Assembly: GCA_021789895.1 (NCBI GenBank)
Contig: JAJYIU010000002.1
Location: forward strand, 93,805-157,804
DNA from: Acidobacteriota bacterium
GTDB lineage: Bacteria > Acidobacteriota > Terriglobia > Terriglobales > SCQP01
DNA: 64,000 nt
Direction of reading: 5' to 3'
The first letter of the stretch is position 1. Every line of letters starts with the position of its first letter. Made by a program: the position numbers and the translations under genes. Positions 1-8,656 of this stretch are shown here, piece after piece. A model generated the notes under the pieces. It saw only the letters and a list, made by a program, of their open reading frames with translations, searched no databases and had not been told where the DNA came from.

Positions 1-189
1 CCAAAGATCCATGCCCCCCATCACCGGCCGAAATTCCCGCTGCATGCGGGAATAAGGGCCGATTTGCTTGGGCAAGGCAGCTAGTTCCAGGCAATGCTGC
101 AGGCCGGGATGGGCGGACGGCACGACCCGCGCCGGCCAGACGGCCAGGGCTCCGGCAATCACCGCGAGCAGCGCCAGTTTCACTTTCAT
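1..189 (-). CDS. EpsI-like exosortase-associated protein, N-terminal 63 codons (gene continues beyond window start)
   Basis: Not in the ORF track because there is no stop in the window. The minus-strand ATG at 189-187 overlaps the exosortase stop (ATGA at 186-189). My translation is MKVKLALLAVIAGALAVWPARVVPSAHPGLQHCLELAALPKQIGPYSRMQREF..., an N-terminal hydrophobic anchor followed by an LP.QIG motif. The gene lies directly downstream of an exosortase, as in EpsH/EpsI pairs. Confidence 0.4.
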   Translation of the reverse strand, partial: MKVKLALLAVIAGALAVWPARVVPSAHPGLQHCLELAALPKQIGPYSRMQREFRPVMGGMDLW

Positions 190-1052
190 GGCGCGCCTCG
201 CGCGAGCCGGGAAGCCGCGCCGGCGCTCTTATCAACCGGTTGGGACCGCAGCAAGACCAGCCACAATCCGGTCGCGCCCAAAAAAAATAACAACCCTCCC
301 CAGGCGTGGTCCGCGACGCTCTCATAACCCGAGAGCGCGGGCCAATGTCCCGCCCACAGGTGAAATATCACCAATCCGCTCAGGCGCAGGGCATTGATGA
401 GATAGGCCAGCAGCACACCTGCCAGGGTGAAGGCGGCCAGGCGTAGCCGGCGCAGGCCGCGCCAATAAGCCGTGATCAGGCACAAGTAGAACATGGTGAC
501 CGCGCTGCGCAGGCCTTCGCATTGGCCGGCCAGGTACATGCTTTGATGATGGGCGAAGCGGAGGCTGAAGCCGTACCGTACGGGTTGCATGCCCAGCAGG
601 CTGGCGAAGGCCTGGGCCAGCGCCACGGCCCATAGCTGCAGCCGGGTATCGAACATCGAAGTCAAAAACATTGGCACGGGGTTCAAAAATAACAGCAATC
701 CCAAGCCGAACCAGGCGCGGCGCCAGTCGTGCCAGCCGCGCAGCCAGACCACGGCGCCGCTGGCGGCAGTCCAGATCAGCACGCCGGAAGGCAAGCGCAG
801 CCAGCGGGCGCCGGCCAGTGCCGCCAGCAGCGCCGCCAGTCCCCAGAGGCTGCCGCGCCCCGGCGCGGTCCCTTTCCAGGCGCGCCACAGCAGCGCCAGG
901 CTGGCCAGGGGCAGCAAGATCCCGATCGAGCGCAACCCGCTGCTGGTCCAGCGCCACCACAGATAGGCCCACTGCGAGCGCAGGCCGAATCCCAGCACCA
1001 ACCCGCCGAGCAGCATGGCTAAGCCCCACTCGATCCGGCTGGATTTCACCAT
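186..1052 (-). CDS. exosortase (EpsH/Xrt family) polytopic membrane transpeptidase
   Basis: ORF 186..1070 starts at TTG; the first ATG is at 1052. It is a polytopic membrane protein with an exosortase-like Cys motif (YLAGQCEGLRSAVTMF), an N..R motif (INALRLSGLV) and a late His (VADHAWGGLLFF). It sits next to a Wzc-like kinase and an EpsI-like ORF. Confidence 0.7.
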   Translation of the reverse strand: MVKSSRIEWGLAMLLGGLVLGFGLRSQWAYLWWRWTSSGLRSIGILLPLASLALLWRAWKGTAPGRGSLWGLAALLAALAGARWLRLPSGVLIWTAASGAVVWLRGWHDWRRAWFGLGLLLFLNPVPMFLTSMFDTRLQLWAVALAQAFASLLGMQPVRYGFSLRFAHHQSMYLAGQCEGLRSAVTMFYLCLITAYWRGLRRLRLAAFTLAGVLLAYLINALRLSGLVIFHLWAGHWPALSGYESVADHAWGGLLFFLGATGLWLVLLRSQPVDKSAGAASRLARGAP

Positions 1053-1066
1053 GCCGGCCGCAGGCT

Positions 1067-3886
1067 TCAAACGTGCTCCTCGGTGGCGTCCTCGCGGGAA
1101 TAAGCGTAATAACCGCGGTCGTAATGGCTGTAATACGGGCTCATGCCCTGCACCACCTGATTCAACACGACGCCAATCACGTTGGCGCGCACGCGGCGCA
1201 GTTGCTGCAACGTGGCCCGAACCTGCTCGCGCTTGGTCTTGCCCGCCAGCACCACCATCATCACCATGTCCACCAGGCTGTCCACCAGCAGCGTCTCGGA
1301 GAAACCCAACAGCGGCGGCGTGTCAATGAAGATGACCTGGTATTCCTTCTTCAACTGCTCCAATAACGGCGACAAGCCGGTATGCAGCAGTTGGGAGGGA
1401 TTGGGAATGCGCCCGCCGGAGGGCAGCACCCACAGATTGTTGAAGGCGGTGGGCAGAATGCATTCCTGGGTCTCGGCGACGCCGCGCAGGATATCGCTGA
1501 CCCCTTGGCGATTGGCAACGTCCAGCAGGCGGTGCATCTGCGGCCGGCGCAATTCCGCGTCGAGCAGCAGGGTCTTGACCCCGTGCAGCGACATCGCAAT
1601 CGCCAAATGGGCCAGAATCGTGGACTTGCCTTCGCCCGGGGTCGAGCTGGTAATCGTAAACGTGCGCGCCTCGACCGCTCCCGGCGAGAGCATCAACGCG
1701 GTGCGCAGGCTCAACACGGCTTCTTCGAAGGCCGAGGGTGCGGGCGCCGAAGCTTCGTCCCCGCCGGAAAATGGCTTGCGCACGGTAATCGCTTCGTAAG
1801 ACAGCGGCAGCGAGCCGAGGAAGTTCGCCCCCATGTGGGTCACGTCCTCGGGCGTCTTCAAGCTGCGGTCCAGGTAGCCGATCCCGATCGCCAGCATGCA
1901 TCCGCCGAGCAGCGACATCAGGAAGGCGAGCATCACTTCCCGGCGCACATTGGGATACACCGGCGCCGGATTCGGCGTGGCGGGATTGACGACGCGCAGC
2001 ATCTCGCCGTGGAAGCTGGCTGTCAGATTGGCGGCGTCGAATTGCTGTTGCAGCGCGTTATACAGATCCTGATTGTTTTTTTCCTCCTGCTTCAACAGGT
2101 TGTAGTCGAGCGCGTTCGAGTTGAAATTTGCCTGTTGGATCTGGCCGGACTGCAACGCCCTGCGGAGCAGGGTTTCCTGGTCGAGCGCTTTTTGATATAG
2201 GGTCTGGATCTGCGCGGTGGCTTCGTCGCGCATGCGGCGCAGTTGCTGGTTGGCCACCGTCATCCGCTGCTGGGCCTGGATGTACGCGGGATTTGCCGGC
2301 CCATCGTGCAGCTTGATCGCCTCGAAAGCGGCTTGCGCGGTTTGCTGTTGCGTCAGCGCCGCCGCCAGTTCCTGCCCGATCGTGGATTGCGCAATCGAGG
2401 TGGTCAGCAGCGCGCTCAGGCTGTTGCCCTGCACCGCGTTGCGATCGGCCTCATAGCGGAAGCGCTCCGCTTGTATCGTGCCCAGTTCATTGTTGATCTG
2501 CAGCATCCGCTGCTGCATCAGCTTGTCCTGATCATCGGGGTTGAGCAGGGCCTTCCGGTGCTGGTAATCGAGCAATTTCTGCTGGCTTCGCTCCAGCTTG
2601 GCTTTCAACTCCCCCAACTGCTGCCGCATCCAGTCGTTCGACCGGTTCACCGCGCGCAGGCGGGTCTGGAACTCATGCTCGATCAGCCCTTGCGCCATCG
2701 CATTGGCAATGTCGGCAGCCGCGGCCGGATTGCCGGCGACGGCGTTGATTTGAAAATTGCGGGTGTTGGGGACCGCGCTTACCGAAATCGCCCCGCTCAC
2801 CAGCCCCGCCAGTTCATCCTGGCTGAGCGGCTTGCCGGCGGGATTGAGCGCCCGGTCGCGATCCAGCTTGCCGACGCGTATGGAATCGTTCACTACCGAA
2901 GGCGTGACCACATCGCTCATGATCGTGGCCATCAGCGTTTGTAGATTGTCCAGATAATCGCCGGAATACCCCGAGTTGGTCAGGCCGTTGTTGCCGGCCA
3001 GCGAGGCCGAAATGCGGACCGTCGCCGTGCTGCCGTATTCCTTGGGAATGCGCCGCATGTGAATCCCGACCAGCACCGTGATCACCACCGCCATCGCCAG
3101 CACTTTGATCCAGTGACGCCGAATCTGCTGCCCGTAGAAGGCCAGCGGCAGTTCGCGGCGCCCGCCCTCGGCGCCTTCCATTACGTTTTCATATAAGCCG
3201 CCGGGCAGCGCCAGCCCGGAACCGGGCCAGCCGGCCGAAACCATCCCCGCGCCGGGCGCGCCCAGCATCGGGTTGTACGGCAGCGCCGCGCTCGCGGCGG
3301 AAGCTGCGCCCGCCGGCGCGATCCATCCGAACGGGTGCGCGGCGTTGCCCGGCGCAGCCGCGGTTGGCATGACAAAGGCCGGCATGGCGGCGGCCTCGGC
3401 ATGGCGTTCCGAACTGCCGCCGGCCGCCGGTTCCGCCTTGGCGTTGACAATCAACTTTCTCGCCGCCGCCGGCGTCACTCCACTTTCTAGCGCCGGGGCA
3501 GTGGAGACGGCACTGGCGGCGGCCGCTTCCGCGAGCGACGGACTCGGCTCCGCCTTGCGCTCCACCAGGTGCATGCCCGCTAAAAAAGTTTCATACTCTT
3601 GCGGCTGCGGCTCCTCGGCCAGATGCTTGAGTACCGGACGCTGGCTGTACAACGATCCGCGATCCCGGTCACGGCGCACCGGCAGAATCCCATTGGCCGC
3701 CAAAAAGCGCCCCACAATCGCCGCCTGTTCCCGCAGGCTGCGGTCATGCAGGTATTCGTGCCAGGCACGCTGCCGGCTGAGTTGTGGAATCAGCTCGCCG
3801 GGAGAAAATTCCTCTACTCCCCGAGCCGACAAAACCTCTGTGATCTCTTGCGCCAGTTGATGCCGGCTTATAGGCTGTGAAGACAT
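1067..3886 (-). CDS. polysaccharide co-polymerase / BY-tyrosine autokinase (Wzc/EpsG/GumC-like) with a long N-terminal extension
   Basis: 939 aa. Has a Wzz-type TM-periplasmic coiled-coil-TM region and a C-terminal P-loop kinase domain (ITSSTPGEGKSTILAHLA Walker A; LLDAELRRP; VIFIDTPP). GGAG Shine-Dalgarno sequence upstream of the ATG at 3886. Confidence 0.85.
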   Translation of the reverse strand: MSSQPISRHQLAQEITEVLSARGVEEFSPGELIPQLSRQRAWHEYLHDRSLREQAAIVGRFLAANGILPVRRDRDRGSLYSQRPVLKHLAEEPQPQEYETFLAGMHLVERKAEPSPSLAEAAAASAVSTAPALESGVTPAAARKLIVNAKAEPAAGGSSERHAEAAAMPAFVMPTAAAPGNAAHPFGWIAPAGAASAASAALPYNPMLGAPGAGMVSAGWPGSGLALPGGLYENVMEGAEGGRRELPLAFYGQQIRRHWIKVLAMAVVITVLVGIHMRRIPKEYGSTATVRISASLAGNNGLTNSGYSGDYLDNLQTLMATIMSDVVTPSVVNDSIRVGKLDRDRALNPAGKPLSQDELAGLVSGAISVSAVPNTRNFQINAVAGNPAAAADIANAMAQGLIEHEFQTRLRAVNRSNDWMRQQLGELKAKLERSQQKLLDYQHRKALLNPDDQDKLMQQRMLQINNELGTIQAERFRYEADRNAVQGNSLSALLTTSIAQSTIGQELAAALTQQQTAQAAFEAIKLHDGPANPAYIQAQQRMTVANQQLRRMRDEATAQIQTLYQKALDQETLLRRALQSGQIQQANFNSNALDYNLLKQEEKNNQDLYNALQQQFDAANLTASFHGEMLRVVNPATPNPAPVYPNVRREVMLAFLMSLLGGCMLAIGIGYLDRSLKTPEDVTHMGANFLGSLPLSYEAITVRKPFSGGDEASAPAPSAFEEAVLSLRTALMLSPGAVEARTFTITSSTPGEGKSTILAHLAIAMSLHGVKTLLLDAELRRPQMHRLLDVANRQGVSDILRGVAETQECILPTAFNNLWVLPSGGRIPNPSQLLHTGLSPLLEQLKKEYQVIFIDTPPLLGFSETLLVDSLVDMVMMVVLAGKTKREQVRATLQQLRRVRANVIGVVLNQVVQGMSPYYSHYDRGYYAYSREDATEEHV

Positions 3887-3998
3887 GAGAATTCCTCTCC
3901 CCGCACATCTCCTCTAGCGGTGGGGAGAGATATGTAACCCATCCTAAAGTATGGCCCTGAATTTTTTATTTTTAGCAGAAATGACGGGGGGTGTCAAG

Positions 3999-5390
3999 TT
4001 AATGAACCCCCTCGGTATCCGAACGCCGGGGGATTATCGGGGCGGCGGCAGTCCCGCTTAGCAGGCCTGCGAGCAGTAGTATGGCTGGAATATGTAAATT
4101 AAATTGCACTAAAGACGTGAGCAATACGCTGGCGATTCCCATCGCCGCCATCCAGCGCAATTTTTCGCCCCAGCGGCTCGCGTGTGACAGTGACGTCAAC
4201 CGGCTGGCAAACAATCCCAAACCGAGCAGCGCAAGCAGTGAGCCGATGAGGCCAGTTTCCGCCAGCCACTGTAGCCAGTCATCGTGTGCGTATTCAATCA
4301 CTGCATTGAGATACAGGTGATTATAGCGGTAATAAACCGGTTGCCAAGTTCCCAGGCCCCAACCGGTCCACGGGTGTTGCCGCCACAGGGCCAGGGTGCT
4401 ATGGTCCAGCGCAATCCGCTGTTGCGTCGAAGCTTGCGACTGCAGATGCATCACCCGCAGGGTCTGCGGCGCCAGGCCGCTGAAACTGACTATGACGAAC
4501 AACAACAGGCAGAACCCCGCCACCAGCCAGGGGGATTTGCCGCTGCTGCTTGCGGCTCCCGGCGCCCGGGAACCGGCGGCGCCCGAAGCGTCAGGTTTGC
4601 GCCGGCGCCAACGTTGCACCAGCCAGAGCGTCCAGATCGCTTCCACGATAAGCACCAGCAGCCCGCTCAGGCTGCGGGACAAGACTACGTCGGCCACCCC
4701 GACGGCAGGGATCAGCGCCCAGAGCAGGGCCCGATCCGGCCGTGAGCGCGCATGCCAGGCTTGCAGCACACTGCCCGGTAAAAGCATATCCATGCAGGCG
4801 GCGAAGTTGTCCCGGTTGACAAATGGCCCGAAGGGTTTGGCCAGCAAATAATGGAAATGCCAGTAGATGCCGTTGCTGCCGCTTCCCCATTCAACCAACC
4901 CCAGCCAGGCCAGCGCGCCGCATAAGATCGCCAGGCGCCGGGACATCCATACGTTATCCACCCGGGCCTGATAGTTTTGGCTGACCAGAAAATAGATGGC
5001 TGCCGCGCCCAGGCCGTGCAGCAGCGCGGTCAGCGTGCGGCCGGGCACGGGGGAAATCCACAGCCATTGAATGGTGATCCAGGCCAGCACAGCCAAAATC
5101 GGAAGCAGCAAGGGATCCGGCCGCAGCCGCTGTCGGCCGCGCGACAATTGCACCGCCCATAGCAGCAACCCTATATCCAGCAGTGCGTAAGCCGGGATAA
5201 AAACCCAGAAATAAACCCCTCCGAAGGCGAATACCGACCACGCTGCCGCGCCGAATGCCAGATAAAGCAAAAACCGCGGCGTGCTGAAATTCCAACGCCA
5301 GTTCTCGAGCCGGTGCTTCCAGGCCGCCAGGCGCGATGGGCGGGCTGCGCCCGCGGGCTTGGCGGTGGCATTGGGAGCTTGTATGCCCAT
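3999..5390 (-). CDS. O-antigen ligase / Wzy_C family membrane protein (putative EPS polymerase or ligase)
   Basis: Multi-TM protein with the Wzy_C-type motif YAHDDWLQWLAETGLIGSLL. I place the start at the internal ATG (MGIQAPN...), which overlaps the upstream gene's stop as TAATG at 5388-5392. The 5391-5663 extension in the ORF track is Arg/Gly-rich and overlaps the upstream CDS. Confidence 0.75.
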   Translation of the reverse strand: MGIQAPNATAKPAGAARPSRLAAWKHRLENWRWNFSTPRFLLYLAFGAAAWSVFAFGGVYFWVFIPAYALLDIGLLLWAVQLSRGRQRLRPDPLLLPILAVLAWITIQWLWISPVPGRTLTALLHGLGAAAIYFLVSQNYQARVDNVWMSRRLAILCGALAWLGLVEWGSGSNGIYWHFHYLLAKPFGPFVNRDNFAACMDMLLPGSVLQAWHARSRPDRALLWALIPAVGVADVVLSRSLSGLLVLIVEAIWTLWLVQRWRRRKPDASGAAGSRAPGAASSSGKSPWLVAGFCLLLFVIVSFSGLAPQTLRVMHLQSQASTQQRIALDHSTLALWRQHPWTGWGLGTWQPVYYRYNHLYLNAVIEYAHDDWLQWLAETGLIGSLLALLGLGLFASRLTSLSHASRWGEKLRWMAAMGIASVLLTSLVQFNLHIPAILLLAGLLSGTAAAPIIPRRSDTEGVH

Positions 5391-6790
5391 TACGGATGCC
5401 TCGCGGCGCGAACAGGGTTCGATAAATTGGCCGGCCCGGCGGTTGGACTGCCCTCCGCCGGCGCGCGCACCGAAATGCGGCGCACCCAGAATCTTCCATC
5501 CAACCGGTTGGCGCCGAAAGGTCTTCGGTACGAAAGCAGGAGTTGATAAGCCGCGATTGGCGGCGATACGGCCGGCGGCGCGCTCGCCCGGCGCGGATTC
5601 TGCGCCGGCATGACCGCCGCGGATGCCGCCGGCAAGGTAAACTCCGCGTGCGCGGATTGCCATTCAGCCCCGGTTTTGAGCGGCAGCGTGAACAGCGGCG
5701 CGCTCCCCTGCCGCAGTTGCAGAAAAAAGCCGCCGCACTCGGCCGGATCACGGCGCGATTGGCAGCGCGTTTCCGCGGCCACTTTCAGGGTTGCTTCCGG
5801 CGGCGCAAACAGCCATTGGCGGAGCAGGCTCACGCGCCGGTCGCCTTCCATCCCGTTCATATCCACCACCAGCCGGCCGCCGTCGGGTGGTTCCTCCAGG
5901 CTCAATTGCGTCGCGGCGTCTCCGATGGGAAACCAGCTCAGCCATCGGACGTTATTGGCGCTGTATCGTTGCAGGCTGCCGGCAGGAAACCCGGACGCGC
6001 TGATCAATTCACCTCGCGCTTGCTTCCGCTCGCCTTGATACAGCCCGGTCTCGATCCCCCGGTTCCAGATCATCAACGCTTCGGCGGGATCCGACTTCAA
6101 ATCGCGCTGTAACGTCGCATCCAGTGTGCTGCGGACGAACGCTTGGCGTTGCGGCGTCAGCCCATGGCTCAGCAGAAATAAGCGGGCGAGGGCGGTGTGC
6201 AGCTCGCTGTCCGGTTGGAATTGCTGAACCATGCGCACGTAACCCGCCGCTGCCGCCAGCGAACGCGCCGGCAGCCGTGCCCACACCACGCGCGCCGGAG
6301 TATCGGGTATCGTCAGGGCGCGCGCCAGCATGGGATCGTAATAGCTGTCCGCGGCCAACCGGCAGCTCTGCTGAAATTCCCGCCAAAACTGCGCGCGGTC
6401 GCCGCCGGCGAGCCAGAGATTCGCGCGCAGCCAATGCAGCCTGAAACTGTAAGGAAAATCCTTGACGGCGCGGTCTGCCAGCCGGGTGGCGCGCGCTCCC
6501 TCGCCCGCCCCCAGTTCGGCGGTAATCAGGTCCATGCGGCTCAGCGGGTTTTCCGGATTCAGGCGGATCGAGCGCTGTAAAATCGGAATCGCCTGCTGCG
6601 GGTGCGTACCCAGCACCTGTTCGCCCCACACCCGCCAATAAGTCGCATTGTCCCGGCGCCAAAAAGCGGCCTGGGGAAATTCGGCGCGCTGTGCGTAGCG
6701 GTCCGCCCGCCAGGTGGCGAACCCGAGGCTGAGCGCAAACAGTCCGATCACGCCTGGCGCCAGCGCCGGCGCCCAACGCCGCCAAAACAT
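5390..6790 (-). CDS. hypothetical membrane-anchored protein: helical TPR-like region plus beta-rich C-terminal domain
   Basis: 466 aa with an N-terminal TM helix (APALAPGVIGLFALSLGFA). A helical repeat-like middle region (QAIPILQRSIRLNPENPLSRMDL...) is followed by a C-terminal ~170 aa without recognisable motifs. Translationally coupled to the Wzy-like gene. Confidence 0.6.
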   Translation of the reverse strand: MFWRRWAPALAPGVIGLFALSLGFATWRADRYAQRAEFPQAAFWRRDNATYWRVWGEQVLGTHPQQAIPILQRSIRLNPENPLSRMDLITAELGAGEGARATRLADRAVKDFPYSFRLHWLRANLWLAGGDRAQFWREFQQSCRLAADSYYDPMLARALTIPDTPARVVWARLPARSLAAAAGYVRMVQQFQPDSELHTALARLFLLSHGLTPQRQAFVRSTLDATLQRDLKSDPAEALMIWNRGIETGLYQGERKQARGELISASGFPAGSLQRYSANNVRWLSWFPIGDAATQLSLEEPPDGGRLVVDMNGMEGDRRVSLLRQWLFAPPEATLKVAAETRCQSRRDPAECGGFFLQLRQGSAPLFTLPLKTGAEWQSAHAEFTLPAASAAVMPAQNPRRASAPPAVSPPIAAYQLLLSYRRPFGANRLDGRFWVRRISVRAPAEGSPTAGPANLSNPVRAARHP

Positions 6791-6951
6791 TGCCTGCCTC
6801 CCTGATTTGCAAATGCCGCCGCGCCTTGCCGCATGCTATGCAAAATCCGGACGGCTTGCAAGTCGGGCGTCGGCAGTCCGGGTTCCGGCGCTGTTCCCGG
6901 CGTTCTGGTTCGAATCCGCGGCTTGCAGCATAATCTCTGCTACGGACCTTC

Positions 6952-8565
6952 ATGGCTCCCGAAGATTTCAGCTTGAGTGCCTCCGCCGCGGCCGCCGGCG
7001 GCGAGGAGCTGGCTCCCGCCACCCGTCATCGCGGCGCGCGCTCGATCGTGACCTTCGCCACCGGGCTCATTTACACCGTCACCACCGTTTTGCTCGGCTT
7101 CATCGCCACTCCCCTCCTGGTCCGCTGGCTGGGCGATGCCCGCTATGGCGCATACCGCGCTGCGCTGGATTGGTTTGGCCATTTCTCGCTGTTGGATTTT
7201 GGGCTTAGCGGCGCCCTGCTGCCCATTCTGGCCGCCGCCCTCGCCCGCGAAGCTCATCGCCTGCCTCAGGTACTGCGCACGGCCATCTATGCCTACGCCC
7301 GCATGGGCGTGTTCATGCTCCTGGCCGGCACGCCGTTGGCCCTGCTGCTGCCTCACCTGATCCATGTGCCGCCGGCTATGCGCGGCGATCTCATCGCCGC
7401 CGCCTTCGTCGGCTTAGCCGGTTTTCTGCTCGCGCCCTTCACGCCGTTCAATAAATTGCTGGAAACGGCGCAGTCCGGTTACTGGGTCAATCTGGTGCTG
7501 TTGCTGCAGGCCTGCCTCAGCATCGGCCTGGCGCTGGGCTTGGCCTGGCTGGGCTGGGGAATCACCGGTCAATTCCTGGCGGTGCTGGCGGGCATGCTGC
7601 TCGCTTCCCTGCTTTATGCGGTGCGCGCGCGCCGCCTGCTCCCGTCCGGGAGTTGGGGCCGCTTCTTCGGCCGCCCCGATCCCCAAATCCTGCGCCAATT
7701 GCGCCGGCTGCAGTGGCCCGCCTGGATTCTAACCTTGTCCGGGCGGGTCCAGTTGTTTTCCGACAACATCATCGTCGCCGGCCTGCTTTCCCCCGCCGCC
7801 GTCGTTCCGTTTTTCATCACCCAAAAACTGGCCGCCTTGGGCCAGCGTGAGGCGCAGCGGCTCTCGCTGGTCAGTTGGCCGGCGTTGGCGGAAATGCATG
7901 CCCGCGGCGAAATGGATTTGTTCCGCCGCCGCTTGTTCGAACTGACCCGCCTGACCAGCGTCACCGGCTGTCTGTTGATGCTGCCGGTGGTGATTTACAA
8001 CCGCGCCTTCATTACCGCCTGGATGGGCGTCCGCTATTACGCTGGCATGCCGCTTACCTTCCTGGCCGCGGCCAACGCCATCTTGTTGGCCTGCCAGAGC
8101 GTCTGGTCGTATTGCATCGAGAGCACCGGCCAGGTGCGCGCCCTCGTTCCCATCGGCGTCGCCCAGGGCGCGTTCAACCTGGCCGCCAGCCTGTTGCTGA
8201 CCTGGCGATTGGGCCTGGTGGGCCCGGTGCTGGCCACGACCTTAGCCTATCTTGGCTTTACCATCTGGTATCATCCGCTGATGCTTCGCCGTCATTTTGC
8301 AGTCGTCCCTTGGCGCATGCATTGGGCGATGCTCCAGCCCATTCTGCTGGCGTTCGGCTTAGGCCTGGCGAGCTGGCAATGGGTCCGGTTCAGCCCCCCT
8401 TCCGGATTGCTGTCGGCTCTTTGGCAGATGGCGATCGTAGCAGCCGTTTATGGCCTGCTGGCCTGGGTGCTGGCGTTTTCTCCGGCCATGCGCCGCGACC
8501 AATCCCGCTGGCTGGCCACCATCGCTGCGAGCCTCCGCCGCTTGGGCAGGTCACGGCCGCAATGA
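6952..8565 (+). CDS. polysaccharide flippase (Wzx / MOP superfamily)
   Basis: 537 aa, about 12-14 hydrophobic helices, typical oligosaccharide-flippase composition. Divergent from the Wzy-like operon inside the EPS locus. Confidence 0.7.
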   Translation: MAPEDFSLSASAAAAGGEELAPATRHRGARSIVTFATGLIYTVTTVLLGFIATPLLVRWLGDARYGAYRAALDWFGHFSLLDFGLSGALLPILAAALAREAHRLPQVLRTAIYAYARMGVFMLLAGTPLALLLPHLIHVPPAMRGDLIAAAFVGLAGFLLAPFTPFNKLLETAQSGYWVNLVLLLQACLSIGLALGLAWLGWGITGQFLAVLAGMLLASLLYAVRARRLLPSGSWGRFFGRPDPQILRQLRRLQWPAWILTLSGRVQLFSDNIIVAGLLSPAAVVPFFITQKLAALGQREAQRLSLVSWPALAEMHARGEMDLFRRRLFELTRLTSVTGCLLMLPVVIYNRAFITAWMGVRYYAGMPLTFLAAANAILLACQSVWSYCIESTGQVRALVPIGVAQGAFNLAASLLLTWRLGLVGPVLATTLAYLGFTIWYHPLMLRRHFAVVPWRMHWAMLQPILLAFGLGLASWQWVRFSPPSGLLSALWQMAIVAAVYGLLAWVLAFSPAMRRDQSRWLATIAASLRRLGRSRPQ

Positions 8566-8656
8566 ACCCGCACCGCAGTGGCTGTTCCCGCCCGCGGCCG
8601 GTGACGGCCGGTGCCAGCCCGCCGTACCTCGGCCATCGCCGGCTTGCGTTTTTCGG

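Noticed and set aside
5391-5663. 91-codon extension of the Wzy-like ORF, and similar upstream extensions at 11917-12120, 17924-18124, 22258-22341, 23293-23385 and 51288-51332.
   Set aside because: The longest-ORF starts run into upstream genes or intergenic DNA with non-protein-like sequence. Internal ATGs give signal peptides, TM helices or conserved N-termini with Shine-Dalgarno sequences.
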